Shown in pieces: positions 50,732 to 64,000 of a DNA stretch of 64,000 bases; within the stretch, counting starts at the first letter, position 1; each line of letters opens with the position of its first letter. This DNA comes from Oculina patagonica (Eukaryota). The notes beneath the pieces were generated by a model that ran no database searches, had not been told where the DNA came from, and worked only from the letters and a program-made list of their open reading frames with translations. Location of the stretch: positions 930,001 to 994,000 of the forward strand of contig NC_135771.1 in assembly GCF_052425735.1 (NCBI RefSeq), given 5' to 3'. A program made the position numbers and the translations under genes.

Positions 50732-52174
50732 TTAACCAGAATCTTAAACTCATGTTGATATCATTTCAGTATAAATTTTGTGCATTTATTCTTATGGTAG
50801 AACGCGATAATATCTCGACCGCCTAGACAATGATTTCTATTATTCGAGTTTCTTGTCTGTTTGCCATGTATTCAATATGCAACATAAAGTTGGATGTTGA
50901 ACGTCTCTGAAGAAAGTCTGTCGTGAACAAAAGAAACGCTTTAGACATAAATATGAATCTGGTTATAAAGCTAAGTTCAAAGTTGCTTGGAGCACTCGTG
51001 GCCTGAAATTCACTAATCCTGTCTCTTGGAGAAGGGAAAATTATCTGTTTTGTTGTTTGTCACCGTCGATACAAATTGAAAAGTTTTAAAAAAATTGATT
51101 CTACGCAATGATATGTACAACTCTTTACATTCTGTTACGTTATTCTCCCACTTTGAAACTACAGTCACTACACTTACGTAAACGAGAACAGAAAGTGAAA
51201 GGCAGTTAGGAGCCGGGTATTAAAGAAATGATTCTTTGGAAGTGTCACTGGCCCTGAGCTATCTTCTTAAGCGCATCCGTCAGATATATTTTAGAGGATC
51301 TTTATGACATAACAGCAGCTGCTTTCGCCGAAAATCTATAAAGGTCGTGCCTTCCCGTTTTATAATTACACTTGGGAACTTTTGACTTATGCAATGTACA
51401 AAATCAAACGTTAAAGTCTTGCTAGTTTGACCTTATTTTAAGTTTTCATGAGCATGGGTTTTTAAAATAATATATTTATTCAGATCGATATTTGGTACTC
51501 GATAGGTTTATACCTCCCCAAAGCAATTAGCTTTAGTTTGTTTACAAGGGCAAAGGACGATTAAGATACCAAACTTTTCTTTTTGCGATAAGGTTCGATT
51601 TGTTTGTTACTAAAAGTAACCTTTTAATGCTTGTCAAACTTCAGAATAAAGCATTACTTACCGAGTTATGGACTTACTTTATGTAAGGCAGTCCGACTCA
51701 CCGTAATAGCTCTTTAGGTATCAATGACAGTATCGTTCTGCTGCTTCTTGTGTACAATAAAAATTTACAAGCGAAGGTATGTTCATCTTCCTCAAGTGCT
51801 TTTCATTGATAATTTGTTAAGAAATCCGCCCTTTGAACAAAATGGTTTTAACCGCCAGAAACGGATGCGCAACAAACACTATCGCTCGCCAAATTGCGTT
51901 TCCTCGAGTAATGTATTTTTTCTGTTTACACAAACTTTTCAAGAAGGAAGCTAGCGCTCATTTCCCACTTTGTTATGCTAATTTTGTAGAAAAACCATAA
52001 TAAACTTGATCGTTGATACCGAAATTAGAAAATTTAATTTAATGGTCGGCGTTACTTTCTAAGTCGGTAGTTATCACCGGAACCTATTGGGTTTCTTTTG
52101 GTGATTGTCAACGATTCGACAAAACTGTATTTATTTTGTTGACCAAAATAAATGCGGGGGCTGTGCTAGGGTTG

Positions 52175-52436
52175 TATTCAGATTGTTTAAAAAGAAAATT
52201 GTGATTGCTTCCACAATATTTTACTGACTTGGCTGGCAGCTGTGTGTTTTGGTCGTTTTCAATGCATCTTTGTAACTCTCGTACTCATTGTCATGTGTTT
52301 CTTGTAATGTGTTTATTCAGATTGTGTAAAAGGAAAATTGTGATTGCTTCCAAAACATTTTACTGACTCGGCAGGCAGCTGTGTGTTTTGGTCGTTTTCA
52401 ATGCGTCTTTGTAACTCTCGTACTCAATGTCATGTA
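52175..52436. repeat. 139-bp direct tandem duplication
   Basis: TATTCAGATTG..GTACTCA occurs twice (52175, 52314). Confidence 0.85.
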
Positions 52437-53574
52437 CTGTGTTTATTGTATGTTTGAAATTATAGTTTTTGTTAGTTATATATATAATTTTGATATCGAA
52501 CAGTGCGATCGAAGTGCGAATTTGTTCTACTACCTTTTTTTAGATCACATCATTTTGCTTTATTAAGAACAATGGAAAAAACAAATTAGTGACAAAATGT
52601 GAAATCCAGTTATTAAAATCCATTGTTAAACCCAGCAATTATTTTCTGTCGCCTTTACAGTAAGGAAGTGTTCTTTGCAAGAAGTTGATAATTGACATTT
52701 GTTGGCCCACAAATAATAAAGCTTATGCACTTAAGAAAGCCAGCGGGTCATGAATAAATGATTCAGAAGAGCGACCTTGCTTTGACTACGAAAACTTGAG
52801 TTATTTTTTAAGTCTCTCTGTTCGGAGGCCGAACATTCAGAATGCAGTGTTACCATGTTAAACAAACGTGCTTTGTACAAAAAATATGTGTCCTTTGTCT
52901 TCGATATTCATCACAAACATTATTCGCTTATGGCCGAGTTTTTCATTTGTTTTTGGCATAATTGTAACGTTGACATCGATCTTTCTGTTTTACCATAGTT
53001 TTATTTACCAACGCCGCGACGGAGAAATGTTTTATATAACGGAAACTCCAAGCATCTATCGATTCTGCTTTCTTTATTAACTTGAAATTTCGTAAAAACT
53101 GAAATACAATAGGCGAAATAAAGGCTATTACTAGTAAATCTAAGCTTAATTAAAACGATCTTAACTCGAGCACGTGGGGCGTACATAATGACAATTCTAA
53201 ACAACATAAATTTGTATGAGCGTAATAAATCTACTTTCGATGTAATTCATTTCGATTCATTTTATGATCCTTAGATATTACAATAGCAACAAAGATCACA
53301 TACCTCTTTCCCCTCTCTTACATTCGGTTTTACAACGATCCTTCGATCAGTCAATTCTTCTTGTCTTGTCTTGTGGATCGAAAGAACGAACTAACTCTTT
53401 CCGTTTGTGGCTACAGAGGTATGTTCTCGAAAACAAAGAGGTATAAAATCGACATAATAATGACGTGAATCACGCAAACAAAACTTTTTAATAGCGTTCG
53501 TTACAATAATTTTTTTAAGTTTAAAAGCAGTATTTACTGATAATCAACCAGTTAAAATCTGCCAATCAGGCCAT

Positions 53575-53850
53575 ACAATACAATACAATACAATACAATA
53601 ATGATAATGATAATGCATTTATATAGCGCATTTTCCATATGTTATTTAAATGCGCTCTACATATACTGTAATTTGAAGATACAATTGTAAAGGCCAGACC
53701 ACAACACCCGGAGCTTCGTGCCCTACTCTTTGCAAATAGTGTGTGGGTTCTTTAACGTCCCCGGTTAGAAGACTGAAGATACAGGAGAAGGGACCTACGG
53801 TTTATCGTCCTTTTCCGAGAGGACTAAAATGCAATACAATACAATACAAT
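53575..53850 (-). mobile_element. SINE-like fragment between (CAATA)n tracts
   Basis: GTGGGTTCTTTAACGTCC and GGGACCTACGGTTTATCGTCCTT motifs plus microsatellite tails; recognised by eye only. Confidence 0.45.
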
Positions 53851-54571
53851 TTTATTGTCCATACGTGGGACGAGGTCTCCCTCAATGTCCGAGCCAGAGG
53901 CTCATGTATAAAACGTAGGACTTAAAATTAAGTATATGCTATGTTTTGTGAAAAATATAAATTTATTAGCCATGGCGTTTCGTATTTTCTAGCAATCCAC
54001 CGTCAATAAGCACAGAACTATGCACTCAGCAGGAATTGGAACCCGATTCCAAGTCCAAGCATTTGAAATATACAGTCTCTCTCTTTCTTCACGCGTTCAT
54101 TCCCCCGCCCCCCGCCTCCCCATGAAAGATGTCTGAGATTCTACCGAAAGAACTCCATGCTGGTGTCAGGCATCTAAAGAGAGATGAAGTTATCCCAGAT
54201 TAACACTGGTGATTCCATTTCCGGGTAATCCATACAATGACCGAGAATCTATTAGCACCTTGTTTAATGTTAGTTAGGTTATTACACTTTTTATGCCACC
54301 TTGATTTGATGTTCCTTTCCATCGGCGGACGCTTTATCTAATAAGGGTTCTTGAGCTAACAAATATCAACTAGATTTATTGGCCATAGTCAGTTTACTTT
54401 ATCCTGACAAAGTAGCTCAATGTAACTTATATGGGTAAAGGACATGTAATATAATACATTCAAACTAATTACTATAGGTAAACTGAGTTGACAAGCTTTT
54501 GCACGTGCGCAGTGATACTTAGTTAGAACATTAAGATTGAAAATAGAGGAGTAACCAGACTTAAACATATA

Positions 54572-54716
54572 AACAAATTTAAAAACGTTCTCTGGTTAAA
54601 AAGATTTTTAAAAAAGATAAACTTTCGGCTACAAGTCCGTCAAATTCTACAGACTAGTAGCCAAAGGCTAATCTTTTAAAATCTTTTTAACCCGAGAACG
54701 TTTTTTAAATTGTTTG
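54572..54716. repeat. ~145-bp imperfect palindrome (hairpin)
   Basis: AACAAATTTAAAAACGTTCTC..TTAAAAAGATTTT is mirrored by AAAATCTTTTTAA..GAGAACGTTTTTTAAATTGTT. Confidence 0.75.
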
Positions 54717-54778
54717 ACATTACGATTGTCTCTACGTACAAAGTACACGCATTTTAATAATAATAATGTTTTGCATTA

Positions 54779-55205
54779 CCGTATTTACTCGAATAAGCGC
54801 CGCCCCCGAATAAGCGCCGCAGTCCCGATGCGGCGCTTATTTGAGAAATTCCGTTTAACTCAAAACGGCACTACAAAGCAACTTTTAAACAAACTTGGAC
54901 ATTTCTTTCCATAAAAAGCGATGTTTTGTGGTTCAAAGTGATTGTTTTACCGCTCGCCCATTTGTTTTCTATCCAACATTCTTAAATGTTGTGAAGGCCG
55001 CAAACTTTGCCACGACAGCTAGCGCCACTTCTCTCTTCAGCAAGAGACTAATACTGAAACTCAAAAGACGCTATTTTCGATAACTGCAAAATATTAGATT
55101 CTTTGTGGCGTCCAAATTTTAAATAAGCGCCGCCCTCGAATAAGCGCCGCACTGGAGGTGCGAAAAATTTAATAAGCGCCGCGGCGCTTATTTGAGTAAA
55201 TACGG
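54779..55205. mobile_element. MITE with CCGTA termini and TA target duplication (pogo/Tc2-like)
   Basis: TA|CCGTATTTACTCGAATAAGCGCCG ... CGGCGCTTATTTGAGTAAATACGG|TA; internal AATAAGCGCCGC repeats. Confidence 0.88.
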
Positions 55206-55364
55206 TATATTTCTATACCGTTTAACACCAGCTAGAATCGCAATGGCCCTTGGTTCTTTCAGTACATGGGTAAATTCTTTTCAATTATCAGTCCGTAGAC
55301 AAATGTAAGTCGCCGGCCGCTCAACATGTACCAGCTAGGAATCGTCTCAATGTCGATATACACA

Positions 55365-56865
55365 CTATGTTCGACTGGCTGGCTTCGTCAAGTGCATAAA
55401 ATCCATTAATACTCGCCTGTACTTTCTGTTCGATAGAACATAAATCCAAGGATTTACAAAGGAATTTGCCAAAGCGAGCGCCACGGTGAAGTCCCGAAAT
55501 GGAGTGCCAAAGTTTAGAATGGGGAAACTATACTGATTCAATATATAGGAGACCTCTGTGGGGAACCAACACACCGTTAGCATCGCGGAAGTGATTGCAC
55601 ACATTCTGAGTAGCAGACGTTTTTCTAGCTTACCTCGATTCACTCGCAGAGCACTTAACTTGTTAATTCTCACAAATATGTGAAGGAAGGCGGCCCAGGT
55701 GATGGCCGTAGGAAGGAAATATGTAAAGGAAACATAAACGATGACGACTGCAGTTTCTGTGTTCTTCTCAACGGGCAAAGGAATGAATGAGCAAGAATGC
55801 TGAAAATATCTCACATAAAAAAATTTATAACTTTGCAGACACATGCAACTCAGCCATATAAAGCCAATGCATTTATAGAGTTTCCGCTGGGAAAAGGTTG
55901 TTTGGTAGTTCCAAGGTCTTATTAGAAAAAGCCATCGTTCAACAGCCAAGCATGCGATGGTGAGGACAGAGCCTTTGCCAAATGTGAAAATGAAGAATTT
56001 AGAAAATATCAACCGGCAGAACATTTCGCCCGCCATGCCGCCCGGTATTTGATACGAAGACATGTTTATGACGTAGTTCGGGGTAATGATTATAAATAGA
56101 CCTGAAAAATTAAGCAAAACAACGATCGTGTTTAGTTTTGTTAAGGTGTGCAATTTGCAAAAATTGACATTTAAGGTAAATCCTATTTAAAAATCTTATA
56201 AATTCTATTTAATCACATAGAAGAGGATACTAAGGTAGGAAAACAACGATGAGATATCATGTTAAACTAAAAAAGGAACGAGGATGGGCTCCTGGGATGG
56301 GTAAGATCGAGGAAGATTTAGAAGGATTACGAAAAACGAATTTGAAAAAAACACTGCCATATTTTGCAAAAGGTGCCATTCCTAACAAGTCTCCTTTAAC
56401 TCCTGTGTCCGTTAAGTGACACGACTACGAGCATTTTACTCTCCTTAGAAGGTAAACTCTCGCTGCTTTGTTCAGAGATGCCCCTAAGAATTGACTGGTA
56501 CCTATTTATACGCAAAAGGTGTGAGGTAGTATACTAGTAGTAGTGCCTAATCAAAGGCCTGTTTAAAACGTTTACTGTTTCTGGATTGACTGGTTCTAAA
56601 GACACAACACAATTATTTACTTACCCGTTAACATATCAGCGATCGCTAAGCTATAGATAAGTAAGTCGTGAGAGGTATGCAAAGTTTTTCGTTTCCTTTT
56701 CATAGCCAAACAAAACACCAAGTTACTTGCGAAAGCGAGCACTGCAATTATTCCGTAAATCACGTTAATTTCCATTTCTCTCTCAGCGATCTCGTTATCC
56801 TTTCTTAGCATACGATCTTTATAGGTGCGGTTGTTCTCTTGAAGAGCAAGAGTATTGTTTGGCAT
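55365..56865 (-). CDS. Rhodopsin-like GPCR 7, ~325 aa with a short C-tail; exons 56865-56625, 56101-55365
   Basis: ADMLTG|gtaagt; VERW, LLRMC, CWFPTE, NPWIY. Confidence 0.9.
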
Positions 56866-57257
56866 TTTGCTGAAATTTGGTATTCAACCATGAAAGATCC
56901 TTCCTTTTGTCACCTGATGTTTTAAATGCGTAAACTGGAAGGCAAGCAAATTTTAAAAAATCCGACTATATAAGAACAGTGACGTGCGTTGCATTAAAGA
57001 CGCAACATGACTAAAAGCAACACAAAGCCTGTGTTTGAATTCAAGTAAACAGGATGTTAAGACCTCTTGCTAAATATATTGTTCACTGTAAGATTTAAAA
57101 GGCCATTGACGCACATAACACACTTTTATTAGGTTAATATGTCTGGTATTGCACATACCGGAGAAAACATCTGCAGGGTGCTAAAAGTTTTTACAGTTTA
57201 GGAGGTTGCCTGTTTGTACACAAACACTTCGCGTACGAGGAGGGATTTTATCTATAA

Positions 57258-57625
57258 GGGAGCTTTAGCAATGACGACGGCGACGCCGAGGACAACGCCA
57301 AGTGCAAAATGATTTTATATTTTACTCGAGAATCTCGCGATTATCAAGAAGTATTCAGTGTATCTATTAGTTTAGGAACTAGCCCAAGCTGAATATATGT
57401 AAAGAAAGCGTCCATTCCCAAATAAAAATACGGAAATTTAGCTGTCATTGTTCACGTTCTCCAATATACGCAGAACTTAGTCATTTTACGTTGTTGTTTC
57501 GCAGAGAACGACCAAGAAATGTACAAGGATTGAAAACGCACGTGCAGAGTTATTGTTTTGCTCATTAAACCTTTTGTTTGGTGTCGTTCTCGTTCACGTT
57601 GCCGTCGTGGTTTGCTAAAGCTCCC
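57258..57625. mobile_element. MITE, PIF/Harbinger-like (TAA target duplication)
   Basis: TAA|GGGAGCTTTAGCAA ... TTGCTAAAGCTCCC|TAA. Confidence 0.85.
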
Positions 57626-58598
57626 TAAACGAACAGGGATCATGTTTTTTACTGATATAGTCTATAAAATATTCAGTGTGATTAGAATGTCTTTACTTAG
57701 AAACTGCGTTGCTTCCCAGTTGTCATACTTTATATCAAAGCCATTATATACTTAACATATTACTATTAAAATAAAAAGAGCTCTTATTTTTCGATTGCAT
57801 GTGAAACATCAACATGACCTCTAACGTTTATTTGCAGATAAAGCAACCTATCACTTTTTATTTTTAAAAGAATATTTAAAAAATGCTAAAGCTCACACTT
57901 ATCAAAGGATTGTAAGTTTTTAGTTTTCCAAATACTTAAAGAAAAGTAAGCCCAATATCTTATCTTTCATTTAAACACATGATTATACACTTAAATTGAT
58001 TTCACTTTAACCTTTTAACTCTGGAAGTGAAAGGGTTAAAAGCTAACGGAAGCGCAAAATAGAAACTGAATGCAAAGCAGAATTTCACTATAAGTATAAA
58101 AGAATAAATAGGAAACTTTGTACAATAAATGGTTAAGGATCTAAAACTAAACTCCTGTGTTTTGGTGAATGACGAATCAACAAATTTCAAGTAAAAATCA
58201 TGACAATTCCCACTTCTCAGAAAAGAAAAACTGAGAGTGCACTCGCTGGTTGTAGGTGTTTGGTTTTCCGGTGACAGGTGTTTCTTGCTTTGCGTGCGAA
58301 TCAAGCAGTTTGGTATCGCACTTTGTTGCCCTACAGGCACGAGACGAAAAATAGAAACCTCTTGTGCCTCGGCCTCTACTATAATTACCCTTTCTAAACC
58401 GCGTGTCCCATGGGCAATATTTTAATAATAATCCTTCTTAGACAGGGTCGCCATGGAAGGTTGAAAGTTAAAAGACCATTACCAGTCACTGGCTAGGCCA
58501 TAAGTTTGACTTTCTTCGTGGTAACCAGTATAACAAAACAAAAAGCTCCCTATTATACGTTTTAAGCGGCTTGTCTACAAACTAATACAATTACATAC

Positions 58599-58909
58599 TA
58601 GTTATGCAACGCTTTCGAGTGGTATACTATGGAATATCCCACGAGTCACTTGTATTTTCTTGGTATACACACGAGCCTTTAAGCGAGTGTGTATACCAAG
58701 AAAATACAAGTGACAAGTGGGATATTCCATAGTATACCACGAGAAAGTGTTGTGTAACTATTTTATACCATGTCATAGAAAATACGCTTACTAAATTTCG
58801 TCGAGAATACAGTCGCAGCGCACTATGGGAAGGTTGGGTTGAATACCGTCGAATATACAACGGCTTTCCCGTATTCTGATTGGCTGTATTTTCTATGGCA
58901 TGGTATAAA
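58599..58909. mobile_element. Double-hairpin non-autonomous element
   Basis: Long palindrome 58599-58760 followed directly by a second inverted repeat 58762-58909 (TTTATACCATG..CATGGTATAAA). Confidence 0.65.
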
Positions 58910-59924
58910 TCTTAATACGAACTGCAGCTAACACTGAACGCCTGATGGTGTATTTTAGTAAAGTCTGCGAAACAGCTACCTACATTATCAAGAAGGTTAG
59001 TTCAAGCCAATCATAAGCAGGCATTAAAATAGAGTACACTTGGCAGCGTTAAATTGATAAATTAAAGAAATACAGAACTGACAATACTGCCACAGAAAAT
59101 ACTCGTATCTGATTGGTTAAAGCAAATCAGTTTATTTTCAAATGTATTCAATAACGAATAAACAATTATGTCGATCAGCTCAGAGTTTCGCCGCGCCAAA
59201 CTCTACTCATTTTTTAGTCCGTTTTCGCGCCTCTGCAAAAAAGACTGAATAAACCATTTGACACCGATGCCAGTAGGATCAAAGAAAGGCATTCACGTTG
59301 GGTGACAAGAAGTTTTACTTTAAAAAAGCTTAATTTCAAAGCATAAACTAGCAAAATAACGCGGTGAGAAATGTCCGTCCTTTTTTCCTGAAAATGTACC
59401 CTTTTCCGGAACAGAAGCTCATATATTACGGTAGCAGTTTTATTGAAAAAAAATTGACCTGTGAACAGAGTCAGGGAAGGACACGTATGGTTATAGATTT
59501 CAGTACTAAACAAATAATAATAATAATAATAACGGGTCAGAAATGTTTAGCTAAGAGGAATAGTTCCCTCTACTAACTGTTTGTGGACACCAATCCAAAA
59601 CCTAACTAAAACTTAATTACAACTATTTCATAAACAATTAAACATTATAAAAAAATTTACTCACCGATATGGTGTACTATAAAGGTCTGGTTATAATACG
59701 GAGATTGTATATTTATATAATTCACAAATCGCCAAAGTCATGGTCTCAAAAGTAAAGTCTTTGATGTCTTCAAAAGAACGCTGGTCAAGCGACGTTTCAT
59801 GGTTTTCAGTTCCTCGTACTAAAAAGTAATTGTTATTCCACGCATGTTGCAGTCGTCAGTAGCGTCTCACAATCATGCTCAGGGTCTTAAATATTGCACA
59901 ACCGATCAAAGAAATGTTCAGTGG

Positions 59925-60601
59925 TTTTTGTTTTTCCTCCCGCAGAACTGTTTAGAGGTGGCCACTGTTGTTTGTTGGCTTTTATGCATGACTGTCTATT
60001 GACTCTAATGCTCATGATTTGCCATCACGCGGCAGTCAGAGTGTCCCTATTAAGATAACTGCTGCAGGGGCAAGGACACAACTACAAATCGTTTAGTGTT
60101 CGCATTATTCACTACACTACAGGACTGCTTGGTACCTTTTCTGTTTCCTTCTTGTTTCCTCCCGCAGTACTGTTTAGAGATGGCCACTGCAGTTTGTTGG
60201 CTTTTATCCATGACTGTGTATTGCTCATTTTCTCGCTATCAGGGAAGTCCGAGTCAGTGCCACTACTAAAATAGCTGCTGCAGGGGCGAGTGTTCCAAGA
60301 AAGGACACAACTACAAATCGTTTAGTGTTCGCATTATCCACTACACTACAGGACTGCTTGGTACCTTTTCTGTTTCTTTCTTGTTTCCTCCCGCAGTACT
60401 GTTTAGAGATGGCCACTGCAGTTTGTTGGCTTTTATCCATGACTGTGTATTGCTCATTTACTTGCCATCAGCGCCGTCCAAGTGCCACTATTAACTGATA
60501 ACTGCTGTATAGGCAAGTGTTCCACGTAAGGACACAACTTCAAATCGTTGTTGTCGCGTTATACCACCTGGCACTGCAGGACTGCATGGCACCTCTTCTG
60601 T
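59925..60601. repeat. ~229-bp diverged tandem repeat (about 3 units) in the GPCR 8 3' region
   Basis: AAGGACACAACT(A/T)CAAATCGTT at ~60072, 60301 and 60528. Confidence 0.85.
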
Positions 60602-62966
60602 TTAATTGGCTTCGGAGCAAGCTATGTTGCTAAAAGAAGTCATGGTCGACAAGCTTAAACTTGAGGCTTGTGGCATCTGACGAAGTCTAAGAACATACGA
60701 ACCGTCAACTTGATTGACATTTATGCTTGTTTGGTCAACATCAGATGAAAACGAATATCGTGATCTCCGTTTTCGCACCAAACCAAAGCACAAACTACCG
60801 ATCCTGGAGCTTCCCACGTTGAATTTTATGCAGCAAAGAAGACGGACAAATTCTCTTCTGTATTCCCTGTTACTGAGGCAATAAATCCACGGATTGAGGC
60901 AGGAGTTAGACATGGCCAAAATGCTTGTAAATAAGTTCACTTCAAAAGGAAGTTCCAAAATTTTAAACTTAAACAGAATAAAAAAGGTTTCGGTTGGAAA
61001 CCAACATACTGTCAAAAAGAAGGCTGCCAATGCACACATGCGCAGTAGTCGTTTAGTGGCTTTGTTATTGTCCAAATGGCGACGAATGTTAGGTTGGCGC
61101 ATGTGCATCCAGATATGTCCAAAGGTCACCCACGTGACAATGCTTGGTATGTAGAACGTGATGACCACGTGAAGCAGAATAAGGATCCGCTCAGCCTCTG
61201 CTCCATAAAATGGTGTAACGAATGTGCAAAGACCATCTACAGTCACTTCAGTGATGAAGAGTTCGTTGATCTGAGTTATTGCAGCAGAGGCCCATATCAA
61301 AGTGATGTACATATACAGACGCCGCTTGCTGAAGGCTGTTTTGTAGCGGATAGGTTTGACAATGGAGTACCAACGATCTATAGCCAAGCACATTATGGTG
61401 GACGTGGAAGCTTTGCCAAAAATAAACAAGATGTAGGTTGAGCCAATCAAGCGACAGTAAACCTCCCCTGCCAGTCCACTGAGATAAGGAAATTGTTTTC
61501 TGTCGATTAAGTAATCCGGTGTAGCAACAAGGAATATTCCTGATTATTGAAAAAAGAAAACAATGTTACTTAGAGTTTCCTATTTTTAATGATATAACTT
61601 AAGGTTACTATTGTAAGCGGCTACTTATTTTAGCGATTTTAGCGAGTTGGGTGAAAATCGCTAAATTTAGTAGTTGCTAAAATGTGTCTTGGTCAAATTT
61701 AATACTCGTTATATTTAAGTACCCCCGCCCCAAAGAAAAACGAAATTGAACAAAGTCAACTTAAAAAATTCTTTTTAAACTGGATGCCGGTAACTTTGTT
61801 CTTTCTTGCAATGCAAATGTTCGTTCAATTTCAAGTGAGTTTGTTCTTTTACTGAACATTTATTTCCATCATAGCTATATGTTCATTAAAAACTGGTTTA
61901 CACGATACCACTATTTTTTTTAAAAATTTTCGGAAAATCGCTAAATTAAATAGTCGCTAAATCTTGCTTAGAAAAAAATCGCTAAAATTAGTAGCCGCTA
62001 ACAGAAGTAACCTCAAGGTAGATAAATATAATTGCTTTCCATGGCCTGTTTACAAAATTATAGATTCCAAAGAACAATTCCTGCACTGATGTCAAACGCA
62101 GTGTTTCTGTGCTGAATGAACGCAACTTCCGGCAAAATGATTTTCAAATCGATCTCTGATTTATCTTTTTGATATTTCTTAGAATCCGGTCTAAACATAA
62201 TTTGTTCACGGTATAAGCCATAAAAGAACAGACACATTTAGCGAAAAATTTAAATAAGCTATTAAACTTGATCGACGTTTCCAGTTGTCTGAAGTGCTCT
62301 GTTACATTTTAAACCTTGAATTTTTGAAGTATGAACTTTGAAATTATACTGAAAGTGCGGTCACCTAGTGTGGATTACCAGGATTTTCTAGCGTTTAGTA
62401 TTCATCACATACAGTGTCTTATGGTTTATTCACCTGCCAAGATGCTTTGCTGAACAAATTTTCGGGTCAACAAAGCTAACAGATATATGACATAAAAGAA
62501 AAAAGAAAAGAAAAGACATGCAAAATGATGGGTAAAATTTGAAAACCTTACTCTGCAGAAAGGAAACAAAGGCATTGATAATACTATTGTATATTATTTA
62601 TAACTATTTTTGGCATAGTAGTGCTACAATTTGCACAATGAGCCGCGTTTTTTATTAATGCAAAGTTGTGTGAAACACAAGTACGTCAAGTAGTTATCAC
62701 ATAATCTCGTAAAGCATACCTGTAAGCATATCAGTAATAGCCAGGCTGCAAATAAGCATGTTGTATGGCTTATTTAACATCGACCGTTTCATAAATATCA
62801 CCAAACAAAGAAGTAAGTTGCCAAAAAATGAAAGAGTAGCGATAATTCCAAACGAAGTCTTCATCACAACTCCGTAGTCTTTAGCATCAGTCTCATTTCC
62901 AACATTATTAGGAACAGTTACGTTATCTCCAAAAAAATCAAGTGCATTTGTAGAGTTGTTCATCAT
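60602..62966 (-). CDS. Rhodopsin-like GPCR 8, ~394 aa; exons 62966-62720, 61539-60602
   Basis: TDMLTG|gtatg; IDRW, LLRMC, CWFPTE, NPWIY. Closest by eye to GPCR 5 (TQINELFI). Confidence 0.92.
61597..62018. mobile_element. TA-flanked MITE, same family as 17707-18165
   Basis: CTTAAGGTTACTATTGTAAGCGGCTAC / GTAGCCGCTAACAGAAGTAACCTCAAGG. Confidence 0.85.
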
Positions 62967-64000
62967 TCTCAATTTCGTCGGCAGCAAAAGGTAATTCAAT
63001 TTATCTCAAGGATATTCCGTAACAAACGTCGTTACGAAGTTGGTCGGCAAATACTTCTTCAATATCTTATATTTGCAAAGGTGCCAACTGCTTTGTAAGC
63101 TTTACGATGATTGGTCCAGAAGAACTTTGCTTTCTGGCGTATGTCAAAATCCGTGATAAAAATCTGTTCTTTTGTACATAAAGTTATAGAAATGACAAAA
63201 TTCTGTCGACAGCATTTCCCTTGAGCCAGTATAAATACTATTTACTTTTGGAAGCAAACTTTCTTCGGATAAAAATTATTGATGTGCAATGAGAGAAATC
63301 CTGCCCTGGAATGACAAATTGCCTTTGAAAAAAGTTATCGTGATGAATGAAATGGCGTTGTTCAATATGTAACGAGGGAAATTAATAAAGTACGAAAGTG
63401 GGTGATTCCGTCAAGTTTGTCAAATGAACTAAACATATTCTCTGGTACACAAAGTGAATGAATAGCCAATACATGTCTGAGTTCTTGCCCTTGAGCAAGA
63501 TGTTTCTAAGAAAAGTTATTTCGAATGGTTATTTATTTCTGTTTGTTTTATTGTTGTGGTGGCGTTTTTTGGCGTCCCACGTTTACATTTTCGTATAATC
63601 TGTTCAGATCTTCTATATGTTGTTATGACTTAGAGATGATTGATTTAATTAAAACTGCCACATGCGTGGCCAATTTTCTCCAAGTCGTGTGTATTGTTGA
63701 GTTTTAACCTTCTCAACCCTTCGAAGTATCTTATTCAAGCAAAGCTCGCGTCAAAGGTCGTTTTTTCTAGGAACATGCATCGATATAAAGTTACTGATTT
63801 TTGTTAAGAAAATTGAGTTGTTTTCTCCTTAACTGAATTTATTTGCCAGCAGATCACTATTATATACAAAATGTTCCTTTAAGCTACAGACATTTATTTT
63901 GGCGAAACTCTTAAATGATGCATGTTATGAAAAAGGGGACTGAATCCGTTTGGGGTAATTTAGTAACACTGGTGATTCTAAACGTATATCCCAAGTGTTA

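Noticed and set aside
9171-61441. Antisense or alternate-frame ORFs overlapping GPCR exons, and other short ORFs in the track
   Set aside because: Shadow ORFs or TE/intergenic noise without motifs or splice support.
6287-62966. Gene symbols such as galanin, allatostatin or somatostatin receptor
   Set aside because: Only generic similarity; orthology cannot be established without a phylogeny.

Overview
AT-rich animal genomic DNA. The repeat families and gene types suggest an anthozoan or stony coral (inference). The window holds a tandem cluster of eight two-exon rhodopsin-class GPCR genes (two on +, six on -), all split by the same phase-1 intron after the TM2 motif D-x-x-(T/S)-G. An ~8.3-8.6 kb tandem duplication (5145-13430 / 14365-22980) has a 259-bp tRNA-derived tandem array exactly at its junction. 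Splicing by hand recovers small secreted-protein genes that the ORF track misses. One is a 3-exon, 88-aa minus-strand gene made of a signal peptide, an acidic stretch and the astacin propeptide motif FEGDI, with no catalytic domain, so a candidate stand-alone astacin-propeptide inhibitor; its duplicate is frameshifted. The other is a head-to-head 4-exon, 104-aa Glu-rich secreted protein. The rest is MITEs (TA, TWA and TTAA target sites), a Helentron/DINE-like tandem element with 181-bp repeats, SINE fragments and microsatellites. All coordinates and translations were worked out by eye; no database searches were run.
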